A DNA stretch of 55,896 nucleotides, counting the filler, from Jimgerdemannia flammicorona (Eukaryota), in the NCBI GenBank assembly GCA_003990765.1. It is 3 parts of 3 records of this genome, joined end to end, with 100 filler letters (N's around TTAATTAATTAA, not from the genome) between each part and the next. Parts side by side here need not be neighbours in the genome. Positions count along the whole stretch, not along the records: positions 1 to 18,568 come from RBNJ01002176.1; positions 18,669 to 37,235 come from RBNJ01002177.1; 1 more part is not named here. One strand, 5' to 3'. Below, one piece after another: positions 10,684 through 24,050 of this stretch. A program made the translations under genes and the position numbers. Every line of letters starts with the position of its first letter. Within the stretch, counting starts at the first letter, position 1. The notes beneath the pieces are model-generated. The model saw only the letters and a list, made by a program, of their open reading frames with translations. It searched no databases and had not been told where the DNA came from.

Positions 10684-11150
10684 TGTAATATAGCAGATGC
10701 TTACTCTTGAAAGTATGTCAGATTTCTGTATCTTGAAAACTTGACTGTTCTGACTCTCGCTGAGTCTCTTGAAGTTGCCAAGGAGGGTGGGTGAGTTCAA
10801 AGTGTATCTGCCTGCAGACTTACTAGTTCCTTTGCTATCTCTTTGCTTTGAACTATTTCGATCTGAGGTTTATTCACTTGAAGATACTGGGTTATTTATA
10901 CAAGTTTGCTAGCTATAAGATGGTTACTGGGTTATATGGCTAAGTTATGAGTCATTTAACACTTTGCAAAATATTTCACCAGTTGCAAAATGCTATACTA
11001 AATCGAGAAGCTCGATCTTACACTTTGCAAAATATTTAGCAAATGGCGGAATCGAGGACTGCTAACTATGTAGCTATACTACTTTGGGACTAGGTGTGAT
11101 CAAGTATCTATTCCCTATTTCCTTCTTCCAAATCTGGCTATACCATTACA
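10684..11150 (-). repeat. Family A 5' LTR, 467 bp
   Basis: TG...CA termini, highly similar to 53490-53942; TATAAATA and AATAAA on the minus strand near 10870-10900. Confidence 0.92.
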
Positions 11151-12699
11151 ATATATATACTATTATATCAATTAAGATCTAAATATAAAGTATTTTGCAG
11201 TTGTTTTTAATAGTATTTTTAATTACTAAGAGGCCACTAGATATATGTTTGTTTATACTGATAGTAGTTATGATGAGTATTTTAATAGCAGAGATTAACT
11301 ATTTATTATTCATATATATATCTATATAAAATATATCCTCATAATATTGATTTTGAATACTGAAGCTTTTATATTATATATTATCAGTACTTTATATATA
11401 TTGAATGTAAAAACCATAGGCCTGATATAATGAAACAATTAAGATAGAGATCCAATTTTAATAATATTTATTTAAAGCCAATCTTATGTTTACTTTATTG
11501 TCAATAGCATAATTAGAAATTTACTATTAAATATTAGTTAACAGTACTTAGGCAGTCAAACTTATCTAGTTATCAATTATAATTATTTATATTATATCTC
11601 TATCAAATGAATTACCATATTAATGAGAATTTCACTATTGAATAAATCTATTAATCAATAATATATCATACTACTCAATAGCAAAATCAAAATAATATGA
11701 TCAACTTTAGTATGCTACTATTTGTGAGCAAAATGAGATCAAGCAAAAATCCCTAGCTAAAATATAGCACTTTTAATAACTATTACTAAATTTATAAAAT
11801 TGAAGTACTCTGACCAGGATTATTCTTTCTCAATAGTATATATATCTCGCAAAATATAGCTCTATAACTATTTAGATATATCTCTAACTTACAATATTAC
11901 AGAGCTCAAATTCACTATTATTACTTAACTGCAGAGTATTTAGTAATTGAAAAACATTCTATAAAGTAGAATTATAAAAATTCACTAAGCTGATTGGATC
12001 TTGGCAGACTAATTCTATACTAACTAAAATTCAGAAATATATAAAATTGTATTCTATATAATTAATTACAATTATTGCAAGAAATAATTTTAGTTAGCTC
12101 AAAAATCAGTCTACTAATGAGATAGAATTTACCTGAAAAGATAAATTAACTATTCACAAAATTTGAAACTAATTATTATTGATGATATTAGGCTTTGGTA
12201 ATATAGAATAAGGATTTATTATATAAGTATATATATCTATATTTATAAATAAATATAAATAACCTAATTCTTACTTAATATAAATCAATTTTCTCAATTA
12301 TTGTAAGAACTATAGCTAAATTCTTTACTGCTTTATAAGTGCAGTAAAATTAAAAGTCATCTTAGTTATATTATAACTCTCAAGAATATGTATTTATAGC
12401 AAGAGATAACTCTGTATCTCTGTTTATAGTTATTTGCTCAACTATATTACAAAATCAGAATTTGTAATTAGTTATAAGCTATAATATTACATATAAGCTA
12501 TTGAATATTACTTCTAATATATTTGTATATCATTTTCCTTAATCATAAAGATAATTTAAGGATATTATCTTTCTCTACTACAATTTATATTATACAAACT
12601 TCTGATAGTATTTTTAATATAATTTTTGGAGCAAAGGTGATAACAATATAGTAACTAATGAGAGATTAGAGAAGTATACTAGACATAGTGACTTCAGTA

Positions 12700-13500
12700 T
12701 ATTCAACTAACAGTATGTAGAGAGGAGTCATGACTTGAGAGGAAGTATGAGAGATCTGCTAGCTAGAGGATATAGAAGAGGAGATGGTAGTACTAGGAGG
12801 CAGGAGACTGAAAGAGTGAGCTTTGCTGACAAGATTAAAACTGAGTGCTTATTGACAGATCTGGAGATCTAGCTGTAGTGTGATAAGGGGAAGAGGAGGG
12901 ATATAGGGTCTAGTAGAGAGGCTCCTGAAAGTAATAGTAGTAGGGCTGAGAGAGTTATGGCTGAGGGTAATAGGACTGCTAATGGAGAGTGAACTGCTAA
13001 TCTGAAAAAAAATCCATGATGACTGATGGTGGGGCTGGACAGAGATAGGATATAAGGCTCAGAGATCTGACTGATGGTGTAACAGTCCTAGTGGCAGTAC
13101 TGTTAATCAAGAAATTAGTATCTAAATTTACTGTCACATTGTGCTTCTGGGGTCTAGCAGTTATAGCAAGGATAGTTCTGAGACTGCTGGCCCAGGAAAT
13201 TAAAGAGACTGCCTCAGTAAAGTTTTTGAAGAATCTGAAGGGGGTTGAGGTGGGGTTTGAGAAGGAGGAATTGATACTGGGAGTATTGAAGAAGAGTGTG
13301 ATAGTAGGAGAAGTAGTGATCCTTATAACTTGGTACTTATACTAGGATCCCAGAATAATATAGCTAGTGGTAGTAAATATATCAACAGTAAAGAAAGAGG
13401 TAGCAAGGGGGCTGATTGTCAATATCATCAAGGAGTATAGAGATATAGTAGATGTGGGCTTTCAGACAGGTTATACAACCTTCTGATAACACTCATGACA
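12700..13500 (+). mobile_element. Truncated L1/Tx1-like LINE fragment (5' part of ORF1)
   Basis: ORF 13091..13345 is homologous to 13847..14236 and 46468..47106 (FTVTLCFWGL...SVKFLKNLKGVEVGFEK). Confidence 0.8.
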
Positions 13501-13509
13501 TAGTTTTTA

Positions 13510-16500
13510 GAGAAATAATACTAGCAATATAGTGAGCAATAAGTATTCTGAGATGCATACTGGGCAGGGGGGCCTAAGTGTATTTGACTGATAATATGTA
13601 GGGAGAGGCCCTGGCTTGAGGGGAAGCATGAGGGGCCTGTTGGCAGGAGGATGTAGAAGGAGAGGAAGCAGTATTGAAGGATAGGAAATCAGGAGGGTGA
13701 GCTTTGCAGATATAGTGAAGAGGAGAGAGCCAATGACAGAACTGGAGGGCTGGCTAAGGAGAGGCAAGGGAGCAGTGAAGACTGCAGAGCAGCAGTAGCA
13801 GGGGGGAGTCCCTCTGGAGGGTCAGAGTAGTGGGGCTGACAGTGTAGTGACTGAGGGAGTAACTGCTAATGGGAGCATAATGGGCAATCTAAAAAAAAAT
13901 CTAGATAGGACTACTGATAGTGGACTGAGTTATGAGAAGAGCATGAGGCCTAGTGATCTGGCTAATAGTGTAATGAGTCTGGTAGTGGCTCCATTACTCA
14001 AGAAGTTGATCTTAGAGTTTGCAGTTACCTTGTGCTTCCAGAGCTTAACAGTAATAGCAAAGATAGTTTTGGGGCCAATTGCTAAGCAGATGAATGGTAC
14101 AGTATCTGTTAAGTTCCTAAGGAGTCTGGAAGGAGTAGAGGTGGGCTTTGAGAAGGCAGAGCCATTGGAGGAGGTACTGAAGACTGGGTTGATAGTTGGG
14201 AAGGTATATATCTCAATGATATGCTACTTGAGATGAGATCTCAGAGTAGTGCAGCTCTTGGTGAAAGGAGTTCCTATAGTGACTACTGTGGAGATGAGGA
14301 GGAGAGTTGAGGAAGTTATGGCTGAGTATAGAGAGATGGTTGATATAGGGTTCAGGGTCTGGGAAGAGAACTCCTTTCAGATAAAAGATATTGATGTCCA
14401 GATTTAGTTGATGAGAGAGAGGCTACTGGGAAGGCTCATGATTGGCCTTTAGTTATGGTGTGGGGAGCCTTGGTATATAAGGTAACAAGGGTGAAGGGGA
14501 CTGAGGAGGAGGAAGAGAATCTGTTGGAGGTGCTAGAGGAGCTGAGTAGTATGTATAGTAGAGTGGAGGGCAAAGGCTTGGAAGACATATGTGAAGTCAA
14601 TGCACTTAGAGATTATTGATGGGAAGCACATCCACATTGATATGGAGATATGGGAGGGTCCCAAGGATACAAGCAGTAGAGAGAGTTGCTGGCAAAACTA
14701 GAGGGAGAGACAAAGAGAGCTGCTGGTAGTAGTGAGAATACTGGAGGAGCCAAAGTAAGTATCTGGGCCAGCAGAAGTAGAGAGATTGTAGAGGTGGGTC
14801 CAGAGGAGGCCAGGAAGGCACCAAGTAAGAACCTATATGAGGATGGTATATTTGAAGTCTGGGAGGATACTTCTCTCCCTCTTATCAGGTGGAGACCAGT
14901 AGTGAGAGGCCAGGTGGTAGAGGATGTACTAATGTATGATACCTAGTGAGTATATTTTGGGGTTTCTGAGGTAGTGAAGAGAGGACAGGTGGTGGCAGCT
15001 AGAGAGGAGGAACTGGTGGACATCTCAGAGAAAGAGTGGGATGAGACTACAAGTATAGGAGTAGATATATTAATGCTGAGTAGAGGAAAACCAGCAACTC
15101 CAGAGGAGAAGGAGGTGGAAAACCTACTATAGATGTATCAGATGCTGAATAACTTTACAGCTGAGGAGTTGGGAGAAGTGGATCTAAGAGTAATGAGTGA
15201 TAAGCATTTGGCACAGATCCTGTATAGTGATAGAGTGGTAGAGGCACTGAAGGCAGAGGTATATACTTGTAGTTTTCCTGGAGGAGGAAGGGTATGAGGT
15301 TGATAAGGAGAGAGAGGCTGAGCTGGCAGTGGCAGCTGGTGAGCAGACTGCCTTCTGTTAGGCAGAGCATCATAGATTACAGCTCTGGCAGAAGGTCTGC
15401 CTAGAATATCATAAGGTTTTTGAGAAAAAGAAGGATGGGGAACTAAATGAACTTCTGAGAAGACTGGAGGTAAGAAGAGTTGAAGAGGAAGAGGTGACTA
15501 TAGAACATAACTTAGACTTGGTATAGAAAAGGATAAATGTGGAGTTATATAGAGCAAGCAGAATTCTTAACATTATTTCTTATGAATAGTATAACAAATA
15601 TTTTTTCTTTGAATGTGAATGGACTGCAGGGTTCAGTTAGATATCAGAATATTTTTACTTGGCTTAAGAGCCTGGAGGTTGATCTCTTTCTTTTATAGGA
15701 TATTAGATGTAAAGATTACTTAAACAGATTATAATAGATGATAGAATAGGGTAGAGTGGCAGTTTGAAAGAATAAAGTTGGAATCTTGGTTCAGAGAGAC
15801 AGAGGGGAGATATAAGATATAAGGAGCTGGGGTGACAGGCTGGTCTGGAGAGAGTGAATTCAACCAGGTTGAGAGCCAGTTATGGTGGAGTCCCACTACT
15901 GCCCTACTGTATATGGTGAGAGAGTGGATTAGGTGAAGAGACTCCAGAAGAGTGGAGCTCTTGCAGAGGTAGGAGTGGACATTCTTAGAAGGGACTTTAA
16001 TATGGTCTGGGATATGCAGGTAGATAGAACTAATAGAGGGCAGGGGGCTGAGAGTAAGAGCAGGGGTCTGGGGTCATAGAAGGAAGTAGAGAGACTGAGT
16101 TCCCTGATAGATGCTGGCAGGGGACTCTGGAGAGATAGGAGAGTCTATATGTACTGGACCAATGGTCTGGAGATAAGGATTGACTAAATGTTGACAGCAG
16201 ATTGCTGGGGTCTGGATGTTTGGAAATTGCTAGAGGCTGAGTAGTGTCTATGATCTGATCACTGGGGGCTATTAGGGCAGGGTTACTTCAGAGAGAGTGA
16301 GAATAGGTCTGGATATTGGTATCTCAACTCTTCTTTGTTGGCTGAGAAGGTGTTGTGGGACAAGTGGGTAGAGGATATTTGGCAACAAATAGAGGATTGG
16401 ATATGGGAGGGGGCCCCAGTGGATGTCTGATAGGTGAAGTTGAAGGAGGCTACTAAGGTCTACTAGAGTATAGCTGGAAAGAAGACTGGAAGGCAGAGGA

Positions 16501-18568
16501 GGAGGAGAGTGATCTGGGCTTTGGTTAGATTGGCTGAGCTTTAGATAATTGGGCAGAACTCTTAGCCTTAGAGGGAATGGAGGATTGGAGAGTGAGGTGG
16601 GCAAAGTTAGAGGTTGTAGAGCTACAATAAGTATTAAAGGAGAAGAAGGAGATACAGATGTAGAGTTTGGCTGTATGGCTTTGCTGGCAGGAGCTGGAGG
16701 AGGGGGAGAGGCCCTCTAAGTTCCTTTCAGAGTCCCTTAGGGTAAGGAGAGTGCATCAGAGATAGGAGGGGGTCTTAGATTACAATGGTATACTAGTGTA
16801 TAGTCTCCAAGACATTCTGGGCTTACTGAAAGAGAGGTGGAGTAGTTTGTAGAGTGAGGAGGAGAGTGGGGCTAATGAGACTGCTATTGAATATACTTTG
16901 GAGGATTGGTACTCACCACAAGTAGATGGGCTGGGCAGTTTGGTAGTATCAGTACAAGAGGAGGAGGTTTGCCAGATTCTTGTCACAACTATATCAGACA
17001 TGGTACCAGGAGAGGATGATCTGCTCTGGGACTTTTGGAAGAAGATGGTGGAAGTCCCTGAAGTAATGTGGGAGTTGATGGTACTTTGTGACTTGGTTCT
17101 GTAGTCAGAGAGGTGGGAGGGTGAGCAGGATCTGAGGCTGGTGGCACTGCTTTTTAAGGATAAGAGCAGGAGAGAGAATTGGAAGAAATGGTGGCCAATC
17201 ATGCTACTGGATATGGACAGAAAGTTGGTCACTAAGGTGGTGGTGGTGAGACTACAGAAGGTGGCCCAGTAAGTCTTGGGGGAGAAACAGTAATGTTTTA
17301 TAGTGGGCTGGCTAATTAGGGATAGTATGGCATAGGTGCATAGTATTATTGAAGGGGCTTGAGCTTGTGGATTGAATGGGAGATTGGTCTTTTTAGATCA
17401 GGAGAAGGCTTGTGACTGTGTTCAGTGGGTCTGACTGGTGAAGATACTGGACAGGATTGGTATTCCTTGGTAGTTCTAGGAGATGATAGTCAGCCTGTTG
17501 GAAGGGAGTAGAGTAGTACTTATGTGTAATGGGCATAGAGAGATAGTATTCCCTCTTGATAGGGGTATTTCTCAGAGGGACCCACTGTTATCTATTTTGT
17601 ATACTCTGTCCTTAGAGCCATTGATAGATAGGATCCAGCAGAAGATAGTGAGGCTCTCAGTATTTAGTGTAGTATAGAAAGTTGGGGCCTTTGCAGATGA
17701 TATGGTAATTGGTCTGGAATCAATTGTAGATATCAAGGAGCTCCAAGAAATGGTGGAGTAGTACAAGGCACATCTGGGGCAAAGCTCAACTGGTATAAGT
17801 GTAAAATAATAGTATTGGACAATGGCTTGGTGGGAGGGGATGTCATTGGAACAATTGTCCCTGCTAGAGAGGCTGTTAGGTACTTAGGTGTCTATCTTTC
17901 AGTATATGAGTCCATTCTACCAAGACTTTGATAAAAACAGAGGGTGGCTATCTGGGGGGAGGCCCTGTAGAGTTGGAGAGACTGCTGTATTTCTTTGGTA
18001 TAGTATATTACAATTTTGAATGTCTACTGACTGCCGAAGCTATGGTATCTGGCATATTATCTAGACATTCTAGCCTAAGTGATGAAGAGGCTTTTGAAGT
18101 TGGCTAGAAATTGAATCTGGGCTGGGAGGTGGAGTCAGATTAGCTGAGAAATCTTGATATTGCCAGTGGCTAGAGGAGGACTTAGACTGGTTGACTTCCC
18201 AAAGAGGCTGTATTGTTTGAGAGCATAGTGGCTGAAGAGAGCAGTAGAACTGAGGAGTGGTAGCTGGGTTCCACTGATGAAGAAGATCTGAGAGATAAGA
18301 TATTTATCAAGAGGCTCTACCAGAGATCTATTGTCCTTAGTTGGGCTTCAAAATAGTAGGCATATGCAGTATAAGTGCTTCTGGTAGAGAGTAGTAGATG
18401 GGACTCACCATATTGAAATCTGCTGATAGGGAGATAAAGGAGAGGTGTCTTGGGACCTGACAATATAGAGATGAGATAGAGTATTGTTGGGGGGTATCCT
18501 CCTTTTGGAATTTGATATTAGAGATGAGGTTGAATGCCAGAGGGGGTTGGGCCAGGATGCTTTTTTTT
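13510..18568 (+). mobile_element. L1/Tx1-like LINE, degenerate: ORF1 about 13580-15560, ORF2 (APE-RT) from about 15583 to the gap
   Basis: APE motifs SLNVNGL, GDFNMV and SDH; RT motifs PIMLLDMDRK, LDQEKA, SQRDPL and FADD. Colinear with the minus-strand copies. Confidence 0.92.
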
Positions 18569-18668
18569 NNNNNNNNNNNNNNNNNNNNNNNNNNNNNNNN
18601 NNNNNNNNNNNNTTAATTAATTAANNNNNNNNNNNNNNNNNNNNNNNNNNNNNNNNNNNNNNNNNNNN
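18569..18668. other. Assembly gap with artificial TTAATTAATTAA linker
   Basis: 44 N + TTAATTAATTAA + 44 N, identical in form to 37236-37335. Confidence 0.97.
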
Positions 18669-20004
18669 TTTTTAGATGTGTTGAGATGTTTCTATATTAT
18701 CTTTATATATTTGACTTAGAAATGGGAGACACATAACTCAGCCAAAATGCTCAGAGCTCAGCCAAATGGAGAAATGTGTGACCAATCTAAAAATAATTCA
18801 GGTACTGCCGAGTTGTGACTATCGACGCTTTAGACAACCCCTCGATTAGGGAATCCTATTTAAAGCATTTGAGCATTTGTTGCATTTGTTGCACTTTACG
18901 CAATGTTCTCTCTTTCAAACCCTTAGTCGTTACTTCAGGATTTTTTACTCCCTCTCACCTCTCTTTGATCGGGTTCTTATCGAACTGACCGACGCAACGC
19001 ATTCAAGACAGAAACATTCATGCACGCATTCGCCCAAATACAAACAAATGACAATCATTGACAATTTTGTGTTATCGGTTATTGGGACAACGAGGGAGAG
19101 TTGGTTATCAAAGTAGCGAGAGGGATTTAGTCACGTAGCTTCGGTGGTTGGAAGGAAGCAAATTGTATACAGGTTAGCTCACTGTCACGGAAGTTTGGAG
19201 GTAGATGCGTGGGCGCACAATGACTCGAAATGAGAAACGCTCAATAGTTACCTTTCGGGATTTCTTTTCTCCATAGGGCTGCGGGTAGTCATGAGCGATA
19301 TACTCCGAACGTTCTCCCTCGATTTTTGATTCATATCCACCCCCTCCATTAACCAATAGAAACCGGTCACACAAATGATTCCGGTCTAAGGAAATTACGT
19401 TTCATAGTCGTGTAGCAAGATACCTACAAACTGGGAGGTTTTTGTCTTTGCACCTGTCAATGTGGTAGGCTTAGAACGGTGCGTGGTTGTGTGGGAGGAG
19501 ACGAAGTGAAGGGGGGAAAAAATTGGTGGTAGGTGTGTTGAAAGCTTGGTGTAAATATGGGGTAATTCGCTATTTCGGTGAGTCCAGAAACTGATTTGTT
19601 TATGCCCTTGCATATGGGGTATGTACTCCACGTAAGCCTGGCGGCGTAGTCCGGCGGCTCTCGGTGTCGACTCACTGCGGGAGGAGAAGTTATTTGTTAT
19701 GGTTGTTATGGGATAACCCATCGTTGCCTTATGGGGCTCGGCCCGGCGGTCGTCGGCGGAGGTCATGTGATCAATTTTCTCGCGCACTTTTCATGTTGGC
19801 GAGTGTGTGCCTAGTTGTATCGTCGCAGCTGCTCTTTTATTACCATGCAGCGCTTTGCTCTAACCGCTAGCTGGTTCTTGGGTTACGTTGTCAGATCAAT
19901 GCCAATATAGCTCGTCCACCAAGCTACCAGAGGATCAGATTTTGTCTGACGTAACCGTGATCTGTATTTTTGAAACGCCGATCACTAAACTGCTACAGGA
20001 AAAG

Positions 20005-20063
20005 CTCCTGCATGGTATCCCTTTTTTTTTTTTTTTTTTTAACGGACTCCTGCATGGTATCCC
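20005..20063 (-). mobile_element. Poly(A)-tail micro-insertion with 17-bp target-site duplication
   Basis: CTCCTGCATGGTATCCC at 20005-20021 and 20047-20063 flanks T19+AACGGA. Confidence 0.8.
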
Positions 20064-20122
20064 CGATAAACTACCACACCACCACGCGTCCGATGCCGCA
20101 GTAACCTAAATTCCTTGGTCCA

Positions 20123-20241
20123 TTGGCAGACATGGCAGACGTGGCAGACATGGCAGACATGGCAGACATGGCATACATGGCAGACATGGCATACATGGCA
20201 GACATGGCAGACATGGCAGACATGGCAGACATGGCAGACAT
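20123..20241. repeat. 9-bp tandem repeat (ATGGCAGAC), about 13 copies
   Basis: Read directly; lies about 280 bp upstream of the MFS start codon. Confidence 0.95.
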
Positions 20242-20518
20242 ACAGCAACCGGCGTGGTTCTGTAGTAAGTCAAGAGATAGGTTCAGCCAAGCTATATATC
20301 AGCTGGGAAATCAAGCAATAAGATGTGCACCGAAACAACGGCGCAGCATCATTCGTAATCGCCCCCAACGGAAGTTACACAGTCACACACCGATCACTCT
20401 ATCTTTGGCATTTGTCAGCGTGCGGTCCTGTAAACTGTAATGTATAAAGCCCCGCCCATTCTTTCCAACAAACACAACAACCCTCCCACCCCCTACCCCC
20501 TACCCCAAATTACACACC

Positions 20519-22767
20519 ATGACCACGACCTTCCTAAAAAAAATAAGAAAGAAGCTACGCCCGCTCCTTCTTCCCACCTTCTGTCTCGCCCAGCTGCTCG
20601 ATGCGCTAAATTTCTCTGGCGCCAACGTAGCTCTGCCGCGTATCCAGCAGGAGCTTGGATTCTCGGTTGGGACTCTGCAGGTGTGTCTTCTGAAGATCAT
20701 GACGTAGTATCATCCATTCGGCGTCATACTCCGGGCACTCATCTCCATTCTCCACCTCCTCTGCAGTGGGTAATATCCGCGTATGCACTGACTTTCGGAG
20801 GATTTCTGCTGCTGACGGGACGATTGGGCGATGTAAGTTGTCGCTGTCTTCAATGTTGCAAACAATTGTCCGAAAACAATGGCTTACATATTGTGACCTT
20901 CAACTACTTTTCACAGGTGTACGGACATAGGAATTTCTTCATAATTGGCCTACTTTGGTACGTGTTATTGGAATTCGTATTCTTTATCGCAACCCTGGCT
21001 CCATCAATTTTATTAACATATCCCCCCGATGCACAGGTTTACGATTTTTGCCGTGGTTGCGGGTTATTCCACCTCCTCGACGATGATGATATTTGCTAGA
21101 GGACTGCAAGGCATCGGGGCGGCTTCGACGATTCCCAACGCAGTGGCCCTAATCCTCCAAAACTACAAACCCGGCCGCTCTCGAAACCAAGCCATGTCTT
21201 TCTTCGCCTCGACCGGCGCAATCGGTTTTGTAGTAGGCCTGATAGTCGGCGGCGTAGTAACGCAAAGCTCGCTCGGCTGGCGATGGATCTTCTACATCTC
21301 GGCGATGGTCTCTGGGCTCATGGCCGTGCTCTCGGTTCTCGTGATCCCATCCAAGAGCGAAGACGACGACAACGACGAACCGCAGCCAATATCGACAGAG
21401 AAGAAGACGATCGACATTCTCGGCGCGAGTCTATCGACGGCCTCGATGCTGCTTCTGGTGTACGTACTGACGGATGGCAACACAACGGGATGGTCGAACC
21501 CGCGAATTATCTCGCTACTGGTCGTGTCTGTGCTCTTAATGGCGGCGTTCATTGTGGTGGAGTTTAAGATTAGGCAGCCACTTATGCCGCTCTGGATCTG
21601 GAAACTGCCCAACTTCGCGCCCGCGTTCGTGATCGCGTGCTGCCTTGTCGGGTTCTTCCAAGGGTACCTGTACTTTATCACGCTTATCTTCCAGGAAGTG
21701 TTTAATTATACACCGCTTGACTCGGCTATCCATTACCTACCCCTTGGTAAGTTCATATCGTACATCATTCTAGCCATGCACGTACACACGTACACACGTA
21801 TATTTACATTGCAATATCCTAACATACCAACAATTTTTCTCATCACTATTTCCAGGTATCATTGCATCAATCATGGGCGTCACATCCGAAAAAATCATCC
21901 ACCGTTTCAACATCAAGGTAGCACTGATAGCAGGCCTGGCTCTCGGCACAGTTGGTAGGTCTAAATATTGTGGAATTCTCTGTCTGTCCTTTTCATGGCA
22001 AAGCCAGATGCTGATCGCATGATCCAATCCCTTCTCGTTTAGGCAACGTCCTAATTGGGTTCTATAATACCGAAGACCAATACTGGAGTATAGCTTTTCC
22101 CAGCTTTGTTATCGGCGTAACGGGCCTTTCATCCGTATACGCATCGGTCTCGATCGCAGCCATAGGTATGATACAATTCAAATATTTTGTGCATTTGACC
22201 GCTGTCATTTTAATTTGACGCAACTCACACATCTATCTTCAATGTTTCAAGATGCGGCGCCAAGGAGCGAGGCAGGAATCGTGGGTGGCCTGCTTAACAC
22301 CGCCTTCCAAATCGGCGGCGGATTGGGTTAGTATAACTCTTCATTCTCCCACAACCCATCGTGTCAGAGATTTTCAAATCCGAAAAAAAAATTTCATTGC
22401 TTTCCGTTCTGCAATCCTAGGTCTAGCAATTTTGACAGCCGTAGACACATCAGTCAACAAACCGGGCATGACCGGAACAGAGTTACTGCCGGGGTATCAC
22501 GCGGCGCTGTGGACTGGGACGGGCATTATTGTGTTAGCCATGATCGTCGCCATCTTCTTCATTCGCAGCAAACCGCGCAAGGATGAGGAGCAAGAGGAGA
22601 TTAAGGTGATGGTTGAGGAATTACCAGCTGCTGCTGAGAAGAAGATGAAGGATGGGAATATGAGTGAGCGGGAAGGGAATATGAGTGAGCGGGAAGGGAA
22701 AGAGGAGGACAATACTGTTATTGGCGATGAGGACATTGCTGACACAGACATTGCGAAGGAGAAATGA
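20519..22767 (+). CDS. Major facilitator superfamily transporter (DHA2/14-TMS drug:H+ antiporter-like), multi-exon
   Basis: AQLLDALNFSGANVALPRI, WVISAYALTFGGFLLLTGRLGD, ARGLQGIGAA, GWRWIFY and QPLMPLWIW. About 7 short GT-AG introns (e.g. 20681-20766, 20833-20916); stop TGA at 22765-22767. Confidence 0.92.
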
Positions 22768-24050
22768 AATAAGTCTTGCATTGTAATATTTACACTTATG
22801 TACCAGAAGGATATAATTACATAGTTAAAAAACAAAAATAAATAAATAAATAAATACATTTATTAGGTTTATAATGAGAGAGATTCTACGGCCATTATGA
22901 ATATATGACCTCGACCTTGAGCGTTTGAACATAGCTGGTTTTGTTGGATAGCAGGACTTTAACTTTGTGTGGTTTGACATTGGAGTCAACGCGTGATTTA
23001 TTCTCACACTACCAATCAAAGATGTGATGGCAGTCATCTTCTGCGCGTGCGCCAATGGATAAGCACGTTTCTCATATGTATACATTCAGGAACTGGGTAT
23101 TACGGATTTGGCAAAATTAATATTTGGGCCATGTCTTTCCCTCGCTGATATATCCCAAACCGAGGATGTGGAGGGCGGCTCATAGTCCTTCCGCGCGTGG
23201 TAACACACAAAAGATTCTTCCAATGACGCGATCTTGTCCAGATTCGGGAAAGCATCGGCAGATCGCGGAAAAATTATTCCGATAGGCCCCTGAATGTGGC
23301 TGACCAACGCGGCGTCGGATTGTGGGGTCCTCGTTGCTTTTCAATGCGCTTCGCATAGAAAAGATTTGTATTTCTGAATGGTTTGCGTTCGCTCCCCCGC
23401 GCAAAAAAATAAATAAAAATAATAAATTAAATAATAATAATCCAAATCCGCATTCTCACACATTTTGATAATCTGAGCCACAGAATTGTCAAACTCGGCC
23501 AACCGTGGTAAAAGCCAAAGTTACTGCGGCAGGCTGTTGAACCGCTTCACGGCTGCAGAATTAAAATAGTTTTACATCTCTCGTGTCACCCTCCGCTTAG
23601 GAAAATACTCGACTCGGCCGTTGCACGATATCGATTCTACGTCGTCGAAATGCGACCAGTCTTGAGAAGTATATTTCTTGATGGTTGGTGACGACACCAC
23701 ACCAGTGCCGATCGGCCACGTGAAAAATTGATCTCCATGGCCAGCAAATGCGACTTCCACCCGTTTGCAGTTCGTGATGCCAGTTACCCAGCGTTTTTAG
23801 AAGAACAATCACAACCACGATGGCAACGTAAGGGTACCCTTTCATAATTTTCCGTCTCGTTATGCTTTCCCACCTTTGGGGGAACAATAGCAAACATGTT
23901 CTCCAAAGAAAATCCCACAAATAGAACAAATTAATATTCGAGGCTCGCTCCTGGTTCCCGTAACCCATTAGTTTGTAACGGTGTGACTTGTACGGCCCAC
24001 AATTTCGTGATACAATAACACATTCATAAAGACCGCAGCGGATTCAGAAA

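Noticed and set aside
11151..12690. AT-rich stretch as a gene or centromere core (also 32130-32920 and 49040-49418)
   Set aside because: No readable ORF, termini or periodicity; probably fully eroded TE DNA, and nothing assignable from sequence alone.
18613..18624. TTAATTAATTAA motif as a biological site (also 37280-37291)
   Set aside because: It is centred in identical N-runs and is an artificial scaffold linker; adjacency across these gaps is not guaranteed.
19174..19787. Minus-strand ORFs as a divergent host gene
   Set aside because: No recognisable domain or convincing exon chain; cannot be supported without transcript data.
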